Shown: positions 18,680-28,525 of the stretch, in pieces
How the letters are laid out: every line of letters starts with the position of its first letter
Position numbering within the stretch: position 1 is the first letter of the stretch
Assembly: GCA_022711495.1 (NCBI GenBank)
Contig: JAKLEX010000001.1
Span: 87,058 to 151,057 of the forward strand
Length of the DNA stretch: 64,000 nucleotides
Source of the DNA: Patescibacteria group bacterium
GTDB taxonomy: Bacteria; Patescibacteriota; Minisyncoccia; Phycocordibacterales; JAACPR01
Direction: 5' to 3'
The notes under the pieces: model-generated
What the model saw: the letters and a program-made list of their open reading frames with translations, nothing else
What the model was told of the DNA's origin: nothing
Databases searched by the model: none
Position numbers and translations under genes: made by a program

Positions 18680-20383
18680 ATGAATTTTAAACTTGCTCCT
18701 AAAATAAAATCCGAAGATCGGGCTAAACTCAATAAATACTCTGATATTTTGGCTAATTTGTTGTATCATCGCGGTCTAAAGACCAATGAGGCCGCCGGAG
18801 CTTTTATTGATTTGGATTATGAGAACGGCTTAAACGACCCTCTAAAACTCAAAGACATTGAGATCGCCGTTGAGCGGATTCTTAGAGCGATTTCTGAGAA
18901 AGAAAAAATTTGTATTTACAGCGATTATGACGCTGACGGAATTCCCGGCGCGGTGGTTTTATCGGATTTTTTCAAGAAAATTAAATTTGATAATTATTTC
19001 GTCTACTTTCCGCACCGCAACAGGGAAGGTTTTGGCTTAAATAAGGGCGCTGTGGAAAAAATTGCCGATCTTAAAACCAGACTTGTCATTACTGTTGATT
19101 GCGGCGTCAGCGATGTTGCCCCGATTGCTCTGGCGGCGGAAAGAGGCCTGGATGTTATCGTGACCGATCACCACGATCCCAATAATCATCAGACTAAAGC
19201 TCTGGCGATCGTAAATCCGAAACAAAAATCTTGTCTTTATGCCGACAAAAATCTGTGTGGCACCGGAGTGATTTTCAAAGTTGTCCAAGCCCTGATTCAG
19301 AAAGGCCATTTTGACATCGGTGACGGCTGGGAAAAATGGTTGCTTGATTTGGTCGGAGTGGCCACTTTGTCCGATATGGTGCCGCTTATCGGAGAAAATC
19401 GCGTGTTGGCCAAATACGGATTGATGGTCATGAAAAAAAGTCCACGGAGAGGATTTATTCGTCTATTGAAAGAGTGCAAGATTGATCAGAATAAGATAAC
19501 AGAAGATGATGTCGGGTTTTCCGTAGCGCCAAGGATAAATGCGGCCTCTAGAATGGACGAGCCGGAGATCGCTTACAAAATGTTGTCTGCCACTGATGAT
19601 GTCTCGGCCGAAGAAACGGTAAAACATCTCCACAAAATCAACGCGGAACGCAAAAGCGCCGTGGCGACGATCGTCAAAAAAATTAAAAAGGAGCTAGGCG
19701 ACAATTTTACCCGGCCTATTTTAGTTAAAGGTAGCCCGGATTGGCAACCCTCTCTCTTGGGTCTGGTGGCCAATAGTCTGGTTGAGACTTACAAAAGGCC
19801 CGTATTTCTGTGGGGCCGCGGAAGCGGTGAAAATCTGAAGGGGTCTTGTCGATCGGATGGTACGGTGAATCTGGTTGAGATGATGAACGCCGTTTCTCCC
19901 GGAATTATCGGCGAATTTGGTGGTCACAAGATGGCCGGCGGGTTCATTGTCTATGACGACGGCGTTTATAATCTACCGACGGAACTGGAAAAAGCTTATG
20001 AGAAAGTTCAAGATGGCGCCTCGTCTGATGAAATATTGGTGGACGGCGAATTACGGTTGGAGGACGTGAATTGGAATTTGTACAATGATTTGCAAAAACT
20101 CGCGCCCTTTGGCGTCCAAAACGAGAAGCCAAAATTTCTTTTTAGAGGAGTTGTTCTTGATAAGGTGGACTTTTTTGGTAAAGACAAAAATCATCTTAGA
20201 TTACATCTCAGGGGGGGGAGAGGTCGTTCTGTCTCGGCTATAAAATTTTTCGGATCTGACTCCGAAACTTTTTCGAGAATGGCTCCTGGCAAAACGATTG
20301 ACCTGATCGCCAGTTTGGAGAAATCTGATTTTGGCCGACGTTCTGAATTGCGGCTGAAAATCATTGAAGCAGGTGCTATTTAA
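18680..20383 (+). CDS. recJ: Single-stranded-DNA-specific exonuclease RecJ
   Basis: DHH domain (IYSDYDADGIPGAVVL, VITVDCG, DHH), DHHA1 domain (GGHKMAGG). Confidence 0.8.
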   Translation: MNFKLAPKIKSEDRAKLNKYSDILANLLYHRGLKTNEAAGAFIDLDYENGLNDPLKLKDIEIAVERILRAISEKEKICIYSDYDADGIPGAVVLSDFFKKIKFDNYFVYFPHRNREGFGLNKGAVEKIADLKTRLVITVDCGVSDVAPIALAAERGLDVIVTDHHDPNNHQTKALAIVNPKQKSCLYADKNLCGTGVIFKVVQALIQKGHFDIGDGWEKWLLDLVGVATLSDMVPLIGENRVLAKYGLMVMKKSPRRGFIRLLKECKIDQNKITEDDVGFSVAPRINAASRMDEPEIAYKMLSATDDVSAEETVKHLHKINAERKSAVATIVKKIKKELGDNFTRPILVKGSPDWQPSLLGLVANSLVETYKRPVFLWGRGSGENLKGSCRSDGTVNLVEMMNAVSPGIIGEFGGHKMAGGFIVYDDGVYNLPTELEKAYEKVQDGASSDEILVDGELRLEDVNWNLYNDLQKLAPFGVQNEKPKFLFRGVVLDKVDFFGKDKNHLRLHLRGGRGRSVSAIKFFGSDSETFSRMAPGKTIDLIASLEKSDFGRRSELRLKIIEAGAI

Positions 20384-20438
20384 GAGGTATAATGTTTCTA
20401 TTATCTCATCTAAACTTATTATGAACATCTAAATCTTC

Positions 20439-21200
20439 ATGAAATTTGAAAGGTTCCCAATTGAAAAACAAGAAGCTGCGCCAGAAGAAATAAGGATGCT
20501 TTTTCGGGGCGTCTGGGCGGATGAATTATTCGGCGGGCAAGAGCTTCCTGTCGGTGGGAGTCTCTACTCGGAGCAATTGACCGGCAGATTGCAGCTGGAT
20601 TTTGAAAGTTTTGAGGATGAGCTCGGAAATTATACGGAAGAGGGCATGAAAGATTTTTTTGAGTCAAATGGAAATAACGACAAATATCGTGAGTACATTG
20701 AAAGTTTTAATTCAGATTTTGATCCTTATCTGCATTTTGTTTGTTATCAGATCCAAAACAAAATTATTTCTCTCTTGGAAATAGATCAGATAAAAAGAAC
20801 TAATGCTTTGGAAAGGACAAAAATGTATGTTGATAATGTGCCGAAACTGTCGGAGATGAAGGGCAAGACGATGTGCGGCGAGAGAGCTGCGTTGGCGCAA
20901 TATCTTTTACAAAAAATCGGCGTTGAATCGGCTTATGTCAGCGGGGTCAGCTCGTTTGATGAAGCCGGCGAGATGGAAGAAGGTCACAGCTTTATTGTAT
21001 TAAAAGATAAAGATGGGCAGACTTTTATCTTTGATGTCGCCCGACCGCACGAGGGAAATAATGTGCCGAGTATCTTTAAAACAGACGAACATTTTGACTA
21101 CGAACTGCTGGCTGGCAAAGAAGATTTATTAGTCGGCGGAACGGAAGTCTTAGTCGGCCAGCGCGCTTATTTCGGAGTCGGCGATCCGAATGTCCTATAA
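20439..21200 (+). CDS. Transglutaminase-like (papain-fold Cys-His-Asp) domain protein
   Basis: Core TMCGERAALAQYLLQKIGVESAYVSG ... EEGHSFIVL ... IFDVARP matches the transglutaminase-like catalytic triad spacing. Confidence 0.45.
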   Translation: MKFERFPIEKQEAAPEEIRMLFRGVWADELFGGQELPVGGSLYSEQLTGRLQLDFESFEDELGNYTEEGMKDFFESNGNNDKYREYIESFNSDFDPYLHFVCYQIQNKIISLLEIDQIKRTNALERTKMYVDNVPKLSEMKGKTMCGERAALAQYLLQKIGVESAYVSGVSSFDEAGEMEEGHSFIVLKDKDGQTFIFDVARPHEGNNVPSIFKTDEHFDYELLAGKEDLLVGGTEVLVGQRAYFGVGDPNVL

Positions 21201-21233
21201 ATAGGGGGCTGCCGAGACTTGATTCCGGCCCGA

Positions 21234-22631
21234 TTATAAATTAATTGTCGCAAATTCTAATTTGGCGAAGGAATTTACGATAATCAATATATATTTCAGA
21301 AATAAATAAGGCGCGAATCCGACAAACATGCCCAAAGTCTGGTTTAAAAAAGCCAGAACTGCGGCCAGAAAACCAAGAAGCATGGTCAGAGGGATAAATT
21401 GCAAAGTGATGATGTTAACTATTGGTGCGACGACCGACAATTGACCGGTCATTTTCATAAGTAACGGCAAAACCGCTATTTGGGTTGAAAAAGTTGAAGT
21501 AGTAATCTCGCGCAGGTTGAATTTTTCGGGAATAAACCCGAATAATTTCTGAACGAATTTGTTTAAATTGATTAATCCTAAAGTTGCCGTAAAAGACAGC
21601 TGGAAAGAAGGGTCGTAAAACAAGATCATCGGATTAATTAGGATCATGACGGAACCGGCCAGAAACAGGGCGCGATTAACTGAATAAGTTCGGCCGGAAA
21701 TTCTGGCAGTTAAAGCCAGGAGAGTCATAATGGTTGATCTGATGACTGTCGCTCCGGATCCGACCATAACGCTGAATACGATAATTGAACTGGCGCCGAT
21801 AATTGCGGAAAGAAAACTTGGTAAAAAACTAAAGAATTTCAATATGGCCTCGGCGATAATTGTGACGTTATATCCGGACAAAACGATGATATGAACCAAC
21901 CCGACTTTTCTGAAATTATTTTCTAATTCCGCGCCAAGCGATCTCTTGGCGCCCAGTAGAATGCCGCCTAGCAATTCGGCTTCGGGAGAGGGGAGGATCT
22001 GATTAATTTTTTCTATAAATTTTTGTTTTATGCTGAAGATTAATCTCTCAAATTTAAGTTCGCCGTTAGACAGAATTTCTATTTTGGGATAATACATCAG
22101 TGAATAAACACCGTCCTTCGCCAAGAATTTTATGTAATCAAATTCTATTTCGTTTTCATTCAGAAAATTCTCTGGCAGATTTATTTTGCCGAAACTCTTA
22201 ATTTTTTGGCCGGTTAAAAGCTCCGGATAGTGGCCGGTGGTAATTATTACTTTTTCTTGAGTAAAATTCCGGCCGGAATCGTGCTCAATCATTTCTGTTT
22301 TGACGGTGATGCGGCTGTAAGACTCTCTTTTGTCTATTTCACCGACAATTTCTCCAACCAGAGATATTTTTTCTCCGGCGAACTCCGCTATTTCTGATTT
22401 ATGAAAAGATTTTCCACCGGACCAGATGGTCAAAGTTGAAAAGAAAAAAGCCAAAGCAACCAAGCCGGCGATTTTGTTTTTAAATAGTGCCCAAATCAAT
22501 AGGCAAATCAAAAATATCAAAAAAACCGCTAAATACAGCGGTATTATATAGGTATGGTGGTTGGAGAAATTAAAAACACTTGCGCCGATTATTACTCCGG
22601 TCGTGATTGAATGGATGAAAAACCGCGCCAC
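21234..22631 (-). CDS. comEC: ComEC/Rec2-family DNA-uptake channel protein (DUF4131 plus competence domain), lacking the C-terminal MBL domain
   Basis: Multi-pass membrane protein; competence-domain motif LPSPEAELLGGILLGAKRSLGAELENNFRKVGLVHIIVLSGYNV; ends without a metallo-beta-lactamase domain. Confidence 0.7.
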   Translation of the reverse strand: MARFFIHSITTGVIIGASVFNFSNHHTYIIPLYLAVFLIFLICLLIWALFKNKIAGLVALAFFFSTLTIWSGGKSFHKSEIAEFAGEKISLVGEIVGEIDKRESYSRITVKTEMIEHDSGRNFTQEKVIITTGHYPELLTGQKIKSFGKINLPENFLNENEIEFDYIKFLAKDGVYSLMYYPKIEILSNGELKFERLIFSIKQKFIEKINQILPSPEAELLGGILLGAKRSLGAELENNFRKVGLVHIIVLSGYNVTIIAEAILKFFSFLPSFLSAIIGASSIIVFSVMVGSGATVIRSTIMTLLALTARISGRTYSVNRALFLAGSVMILINPMILFYDPSFQLSFTATLGLINLNKFVQKLFGFIPEKFNLREITTSTFSTQIAVLPLLMKMTGQLSVVAPIVNIITLQFIPLTMLLGFLAAVLAFLNQTLGMFVGFAPYLFLKYILIIVNSFAKLEFATINL

Positions 22632-22690
22632 GATTCAATTGTGCGGGTTGTGACTATTTTTGGGAAACAGATTTTTTAGAAAGAATTTAT

Positions 22691-23392
22691 CTATCTTTTG
22701 ATGCCCCAGCTCCTAAGAATTTCCAGCTCATCTTCGGCGGAAATGGTTTTACGAAATTTTGCTCCAGCTTTTCCCTTGACTCGTGCTTCGCACTCGGACC
22801 AGTTTGTGTGTTTGGACAACTTTCCGTCAATCAGACTTAAATATGAATAAGCTCGGGCGTTTTTCCTCTCTCGTTCGGAGTTTTCCGACAAAGCTTCTTT
22901 CCCGGGTTCGGACAGGTCTATTTTGTAATTACCGATATCGCCCTTAAATAAGAGAACACGCTCTCCGTCGCCAAAACCAGTGGCGATTTCGTCGGCGCGG
23001 TTGTTTCCCGAGACCCCGGCGTGTCCTTTGACTTGAAGCCATTCTATCTCTCTGTCCACGGCTACTTTGTAAAGTTTCTGCCACAAATCTTTGTTTAGGA
23101 CGTCTTTCTTGTCTGAAGTTTTCCAGCCGTTTTTTAACCAGCCGTGCACCCACTTGGTGATTCCGTTTATCAAATATCCCGAATCGGTGAAAAGTCTGAT
23201 TTTGCTACCGACTGGAGTTTTCTTTATGGCGTTTAAGGCCGCCGATATTTCCATTCGGTTATTGGTTGTTTTGGTTTCGCCATCGCCGATTTCCTCAACG
23301 TTTTTTCCTTCAATTATTATGGCTCCATAACCGCCCGGTCCGGGATTACCGCGAGAAGCGCCGTCTGTGTAAATTAGAATTTTACTGATCAT
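22691..23392 (-). CDS. rnhA: Ribonuclease HI with a C-terminal RNA/DNA hybrid-binding (HBD) domain
   Basis: TDGASRGNPG...TNNRMEISA...FTDSGYLINGITKWVHGW...GHAGVSGNNRADEIA. C-terminal ~80 aa: NWSECEARVKGKAGAKFRKTISAEDELEIL resembles the HBD motif (W-x-EC-x-V-x-G-x-AKFK-F-x-eA-x-F). Confidence 0.8.
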   Translation of the reverse strand: MISKILIYTDGASRGNPGPGGYGAIIIEGKNVEEIGDGETKTTNNRMEISAALNAIKKTPVGSKIRLFTDSGYLINGITKWVHGWLKNGWKTSDKKDVLNKDLWQKLYKVAVDREIEWLQVKGHAGVSGNNRADEIATGFGDGERVLLFKGDIGNYKIDLSEPGKEALSENSERERKNARAYSYLSLIDGKLSKHTNWSECEARVKGKAGAKFRKTISAEDELEILRSWGIKR

Positions 23393-23480
23393 CTTGATTG
23401 TTGTCGTCTAGTATAGCAAATAAATTTTCGTTTTAGATAGATTTAATTTTTATTTTATCTTTCGGCGTTTTAATGCGGGC

Positions 23481-24359
23481 GTGATCTCTAAAGATTCATG
23501 GCGGCGGTTGCTGGCCTTTATTTTGTTCGTTACCCTTCTGGTCTTTGCCATATTTGTCTTTTCGATCTTGCGCCACGAACGTGCCAGAAAGTTTTTGACC
23601 GTGGCCTTTCTTGATGTCGGTCAGGGAGATTCAATATTTATTGAAACTCCCGGCGGTCGTCAGGTTTTGATTGACGGCGGGCCCACCAGTTCTGTGACAA
23701 GGCCGCTTTCAAAACTTTTGCCGTTTTACGACAGGGAAATTGATTTAATAATTTCTAGCCATTCAGACCTAGATCATATCGGCGGATTCCCGGAAATCTT
23801 CAAAAGATTTCAAGTGAAAAGATATGCGACTTCCGACAAAAAAGATGCCGCCGATCTCTATCTTGAGCTGGAAAAATTAAGCGAGAAAGAAAAGGCCGAC
23901 AGGATATTTTTGAAATCAGGCGACAGGATAATTTTAGACGGCGAGAGCAATATTTTTTTGGATGTTTTGTGGCCCGAGGACGCCGATTCCGCCAGCGACA
24001 ACAATGACGCGTCAATTGTGGTGCGCCTGGTTTTTGGGAGCGAAAGTTTTATTTTGACGGGTGACGCGTCGGCCTCGGTTGAATCTGAACTAATTTCTCG
24101 ACTGATTGATCCGGACTTTTTGCGCGCTAATGTTTTAAAAGTCGGGCATCACGGTTCCAAAACTTCAACTAGTCAGAGCTTTCTTGATCTGGTCAACCCT
24201 GAATATGCCGTCATCTCCGTAGGTCTGGATAACAAGTTTGGTCATCCGGACGTGGAAACTGTAAGTTTGTTAATTGATAAAAATATAAAGATTTTTCAAA
24301 CAATAGATTCTGGCTCAATTATATTCGAGACAGACGGGAAGTCTCTTTGGGTTAAGTAA
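23481..24359 (+). CDS. Stand-alone ComEC-type metallo-beta-lactamase domain protein with an N-terminal TM anchor
   Basis: VAFLDVGQGDSIFIETPGGRQVLIDGGP ... SHSDLDHIGG ... KVGHHGS matches the MBL domain normally fused to the ComEC C-terminus. Confidence 0.7.
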   Translation: MISKDSWRRLLAFILFVTLLVFAIFVFSILRHERARKFLTVAFLDVGQGDSIFIETPGGRQVLIDGGPTSSVTRPLSKLLPFYDREIDLIISSHSDLDHIGGFPEIFKRFQVKRYATSDKKDAADLYLELEKLSEKEKADRIFLKSGDRIILDGESNIFLDVLWPEDADSASDNNDASIVVRLVFGSESFILTGDASASVESELISRLIDPDFLRANVLKVGHHGSKTSTSQSFLDLVNPEYAVISVGLDNKFGHPDVETVSLLIDKNIKIFQTIDSGSIIFETDGKSLWVK

Positions 24360-24362
24360 AAT

Positions 24363-24605
24363 TTAGATAAGGCCAGCTTTTTTTAGAACTTTGTAAGCCC
24401 CCCGTTTGGTGATGGTTTTTAAGCCCTTAGCTGAAACATTTATGCTAACGCTTTTGTTGAGTTCTGGCACAAAAATTCTTTTCTTTTGCATGTTGGCGTA
24501 GCGCCTTTTCATGCCGCCGGGATTAAATTGAGTAGCACGCGTACGATTGGAATATCGCCCGCTGACCAGAGATGATTTTTTTGTGATCGCGCAAACTTTT
24601 GCCAT
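24363..24605 (-). CDS. rpmB: 50S ribosomal protein L28
   Basis: MAKVCAITKKSSLVSG...RRFLPNL-like segment (KRIFVPELNKSVSINVSAKGLKTI). Confidence 0.75.
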   Translation of the reverse strand: MAKVCAITKKSSLVSGRYSNRTRATQFNPGGMKRRYANMQKKRIFVPELNKSVSINVSAKGLKTITKRGAYKVLKKAGLI

Positions 24606-24665
24606 GTTCTAGATTTGTGCGTGTCATGCTATCATGTCTATACAATTTTGCAATACTGATATCGT

Positions 24666-25283
24666 ATGGACGGACAAATTATTTTCAGCGTTATCATCTT
24701 GATTTTATCCGTGATGATCCATGAAGTTTCTCACGGTTACGCGGCCTTATATTTGGGCGATGTCACGGCTAAATACGCCGGTCGGCTTACGCTTAATCCG
24801 ATTAAACATATTGACCCCATCGGCTCTATTATCTTGCCTCTAGTTTTCGTTATGATGAATGCCGGAATTGTTTTGGGTTGGGCCAAGCCGGTTCCGTATA
24901 ATCCTTATAATTTAAGAAATCAGAGATGGGGCGAACTGATGGTGGCTCTAGCCGGACCGTTGGCGAATTTTATTTTGGCCATTGTCTTTGGTTTGTTGGT
25001 GCGTTTCGCGCTTCCCCTTGGTTTGCCGATAATGTTTGTCCGGCTGTCTGTCTCCGTTGTTTTGATTAATTTGGTTTTGGCGATTTTTAATTTAATACCG
25101 ATTCCGCCGTTAGACGGCTCAAAAATTCTTTTTACTCTTTTGCCGATGGAAAACGTGTTGAAAATCCGTTCTGTCTTTGAGCGATATGGTCTTTTCCTTG
25201 TTTTATTTCTTGCCTTTTTTATCTGGCAACTAATTCTGCCAGCCGTGTATTTCTTGGCTCAAGTGATTACGGGGCTTAATTAA
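24666..25283 (+). CDS. Site-2 protease family zinc metalloprotease (peptidase M50, SpoIVFB-like)
   Basis: HExxH embedded in a TM helix (MIHEVSHGYAA), a second motif NLIPIPPLDG, multi-pass membrane protein. Confidence 0.6.
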   Translation: MDGQIIFSVIILILSVMIHEVSHGYAALYLGDVTAKYAGRLTLNPIKHIDPIGSIILPLVFVMMNAGIVLGWAKPVPYNPYNLRNQRWGELMVALAGPLANFILAIVFGLLVRFALPLGLPIMFVRLSVSVVLINLVLAIFNLIPIPPLDGSKILFTLLPMENVLKIRSVFERYGLFLVLFLAFFIWQLILPAVYFLAQVITGLN

Positions 25284-25346
25284 TCCAAAACCACCCTTCG
25301 TCCACCTTGCATTCCAAGCTCTCATATAGTAGAGTACTTTGCACTT

Positions 25347-25760
25347 ATGCCGACAATTAACCAATTGGTAAAGAAAAAGCGTAAAAAAACCGCTAGAAAA
25401 TCTAAAGCGGTCGTTTTAACTCGTGGTTTCAATACCCGTGAAAACAAGCCGACTTATTACATGTCCCCATTTAAAAGAGGCGTCTGCACAAAAGTTACGA
25501 CAAAAACTCCTAGAAAACCGAACTCTGCCATTAGAAAAATCGCGCGTGTGCGTTTAACAAACGGCGCCGAGATCACGGCCTACATTCCGGGCATGGGACA
25601 TAATTTACAGGAGCACTCGGTTGTTTTAGTTCGTGGCGGTCGCGTGAAAGATGTCAACCTAAAATACACGATTGTTCGAGGTGTTTTGGATGCCGAAGGA
25701 GTTCAAACTCGTCGCAAAGGCCGCAGTCAATACGGCATGAAAAAACCTAAGGCCGAATAA
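25347..25760 (+). CDS. rpsL: 30S ribosomal protein S12
   Basis: [14 protein letters not shown]...[16 protein letters not shown]...[18 protein letters not shown]. Confidence 0.95.
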   Translation: MPTINQLVKKKRKKTARKSKAVVLTRGFNTRENKPTYYMSPFKRGVCTKVTTKTPRKPNSAIRKIARVRLTNGAEITAYIPGMGHNLQEHSVVLVRGGRVKDVNLKYTIVRGVLDAEGVQTRRKGRSQYGMKKPKAE

Positions 25761-25774
25761 TTTCAAAACTATTT

Positions 25775-26245
25775 ATGCGTAAACCAGTAAGAAAACGAAA
25801 TGTCGTAAAGCCGGATCTCAAATATAATTCGGTCAAAGTCGCCAAGTTCATAAATCATTTGATGCACGATGGCAAAAAGAGCGTGGCCCAAAAAGTGTTT
25901 TACGACGCCATGGATCTTGTCAAAGAAAAAGCCAAAGTGGAAGACCCGATGGAAACTTTTGAATTGGCTTTAAAAAATGTTGCCCCGATGATGGAAGTCC
26001 GTTCTCGCCGAGTCGGTGGTGCCAACTATCAGGTACCCGTAGAAGTTCGCATGGAGAGAAGGCAATTTTTAGCCATGTCTTGGATTTTGGAATCGGCACG
26101 ATCAAAAAAGGGCCAACCAATGAGAATAAAACTGGCCGAGGAAATAATCTTGGCTAGCAAAAACGAAGGAGAGGCTTACAAGAAGCGAGAAAATGTTCAC
26201 AAAATGGCCGAGGCCAACAAGGCCTTCGCGCATTTCGCTTGGTAA
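25775..26245 (+). CDS. rpsG: 30S ribosomal protein S7
   Basis: 156 aa immediately after rpsL; MRKPVRKR...VEVRSRRVGGANYQVPVEV. Confidence 0.95.
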   Translation: MRKPVRKRNVVKPDLKYNSVKVAKFINHLMHDGKKSVAQKVFYDAMDLVKEKAKVEDPMETFELALKNVAPMMEVRSRRVGGANYQVPVEVRMERRQFLAMSWILESARSKKGQPMRIKLAEEIILASKNEGEAYKKRENVHKMAEANKAFAHFAW

Positions 26246-26278
26246 TTTATTAATTTTTTATTTGAAATTTATTGAAAT

Positions 26279-28426
26279 ATGTCACGTGACTATCCACTAG
26301 AAAGAGTAAGAAATTTTGGAATCATCGCCCACATTGACGCCGGAAAAACTACAACTTCCGAAAGAGTTTTGTTTTATACTGGCGTTTCTCACAAAATCGG
26401 TGAAGTTCACGAAGGCACAGCTATCATGGATTGGATGGAGCAGGAGCGAGAGCGCGGAATTACTATTACGGCGGCGGCCACAACTTGTTTTTGGACCCCA
26501 ACTTATGAAGAAAACAAAGACTCCTCTAAAAAAATTCGATTCAATATTATTGATACCCCGGGCCACGTTGATTTCACCGCTGAAGTCGAGCGCTCTCTAA
26601 AAGTTCTGGACGGTGGGGTGGTGGTTTTTGATGGGGTTGCCGGTGTTGAGCCACAATCCGAAACGGTTTGGCGGCAGGCTGATAAATACAAGGTTCCGAG
26701 AATTTGTTTCATCAATAAACTAGATAGAACTGGGGCCAATTTTGAAAAATCGTACCAGTCTATTTTGAAGCGTCTTAATAGAAACGCCGTGCGAATGCAA
26801 ATTCCGTGGGGCACAGAGTCAAATGTCAATGGCGTTGTGGATCTATTGAAAATGAAACTCTACACTTTTGAGGGTGAAATGGGCAACAAGGTTGTTGAAA
26901 AAGAAATCCCAGAGGAATTAAAGGCCGACGCGGAAAAATATCATCATGAATTGATTGAAAAAATTTCCGAACTCGATGAAACCTTAACTGAGAAGTACTT
27001 AGAGGGGAAAGAGATTACTGTTCCAGAACTAAAAACGGCACTTAGAAGAGGAACAATAGACAACAAAATTGTTCCTGTTTTTACCGGTTCAGCTTTAAAA
27101 AATCTTGGTGTGCAACTTGTTCTCGATGGTGTGGTTGATTATCTCCCAAGTCCCGTTGATGTTCCACCGATAACTGGTATTGATCCAAAAACCGGTGAGG
27201 AAATTGAGAGGATTTCTTCCGATGAAGAACCTTTTGCTGCGCTAGCTTTTAAATTACAAACTGATCCTTACGTCGGTCAGCTGACGTATTTTAGAGTTTA
27301 TTCTGGAACGGTTTCTGCTGGTTCTTACATTTATAATTCTACAACTGGCGACAAAGAAAGACTTGGACGTGTTTTGCGAATGCACGCAAATGAAAGAGAA
27401 GAAGTTCAAACTGTTTACGCCGGAGAAATTGCGGCAGCGGTTGGTTTAAAAAATACAAAGACTTCTGATACTTTGTGTGATGAGGCGCACCCAATTGAAT
27501 TGCACCGAATTCAATTTGCTGAACCAGTTATTTCTATGAAGATTGAGCCGAAAACAAAAGCCGATCAAGAGAAAATGGGCATGGCCCTAAAGAGATTGTC
27601 CGACGAGGATCCGACTTTCAGAGTCACAAGCGATTCCGAAACTGGCGAAACGGTAATTTCTGGTATGGGTGAATTGCACCTAGAAATTATTGTTGATCGT
27701 ATGAAAAGGGAATTTAATGTTGCAGCAAATGTTGGCAAACCTCAGGTGGCATATCGAGAAACTATAACTGGTCAGGCAGAAGCAGAACACAAATACATCA
27801 AGCAATCAGGAGGTAAGGGTCAATATGGTCACGTTAAAATCCGAGTTCGTCCTTTGGATAAAACTGTTAAGGATGAAGATTTGCCAAAAAATATTAAGAG
27901 AAGTCCTGGATTTGAATTCGTCAACGCCATCAAGGGAGGAGCTATTCCGGCAGAATTTATTTCTCCTTGTGAAAAAGGATTTAAAGAAGCGATGGATCGA
28001 GGTATTGTTGCTGGATTCCGCATGACAGATGTTTCAGTCGAGCTTTTCGATGGTTCTTATCACGACGTTGACTCTTCAGAAATTGCGTTCAAATTGGCCG
28101 CTTCAATGGCTTTCAAAGAAGCCGCTCAAAAAGCCAAACCGGTTTTGCTTGAACCGATCATGAAAGTCGAGGTCATTACCCCAGAACAATTTACTGGCGA
28201 TGTTACAGGAAACCTAAGTTCGAAACGAGGACAAGTTGAGGGAATGGAAGACCGAGGAAACGGCCTAACGACGATTCACGCCAAAGTCCCATTATCAGAA
28301 TTGTTTGGTTACACCACGACTATTCGTTCTATGACTCAAGGACGAGCACAAGCCACGATAGAGCCGGATCACTATGAAATCGTGCCTAGTAATGTCGCCG
28401 AGGGCATTAAGGCCGGCAGAGCCTAA
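26279..28426 (+). CDS. fusA: Elongation factor G
   Basis: [22 protein letters not shown]1 motif, [13 protein letters not shown], five-domain length of 715 aa. Confidence 0.95.
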   Translation: MSRDYPLERVRNFGIIAHIDAGKTTTSERVLFYTGVSHKIGEVHEGTAIMDWMEQERERGITITAAATTCFWTPTYEENKDSSKKIRFNIIDTPGHVDFTAEVERSLKVLDGGVVVFDGVAGVEPQSETVWRQADKYKVPRICFINKLDRTGANFEKSYQSILKRLNRNAVRMQIPWGTESNVNGVVDLLKMKLYTFEGEMGNKVVEKEIPEELKADAEKYHHELIEKISELDETLTEKYLEGKEITVPELKTALRRGTIDNKIVPVFTGSALKNLGVQLVLDGVVDYLPSPVDVPPITGIDPKTGEEIERISSDEEPFAALAFKLQTDPYVGQLTYFRVYSGTVSAGSYIYNSTTGDKERLGRVLRMHANEREEVQTVYAGEIAAAVGLKNTKTSDTLCDEAHPIELHRIQFAEPVISMKIEPKTKADQEKMGMALKRLSDEDPTFRVTSDSETGETVISGMGELHLEIIVDRMKREFNVAANVGKPQVAYRETITGQAEAEHKYIKQSGGKGQYGHVKIRVRPLDKTVKDEDLPKNIKRSPGFEFVNAIKGGAIPAEFISPCEKGFKEAMDRGIVAGFRMTDVSVELFDGSYHDVDSSEIAFKLAASMAFKEAAQKAKPVLLEPIMKVEVITPEQFTGDVTGNLSSKRGQVEGMEDRGNGLTTIHAKVPLSELFGYTTTIRSMTQGRAQATIEPDHYEIVPSNVAEGIKAGRA

Positions 28427-28454
28427 TTTCATCTAAAAGTTCTCCACAAACATC

Positions 28455-28484
28455 GGACAAGGGTATCACTTGTCCGTTTTTTGT
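28455..28484 (+). terminator. Intrinsic terminator after fusA
   Basis: GGACAAG-GGTATCA-CTTGTCC followed by GTTTTTTG. Confidence 0.6.
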
Positions 28485-28525
28485 TTTATAATTAGACATT
28501 ATTATAAGTTTTTTAAAATATTAAT

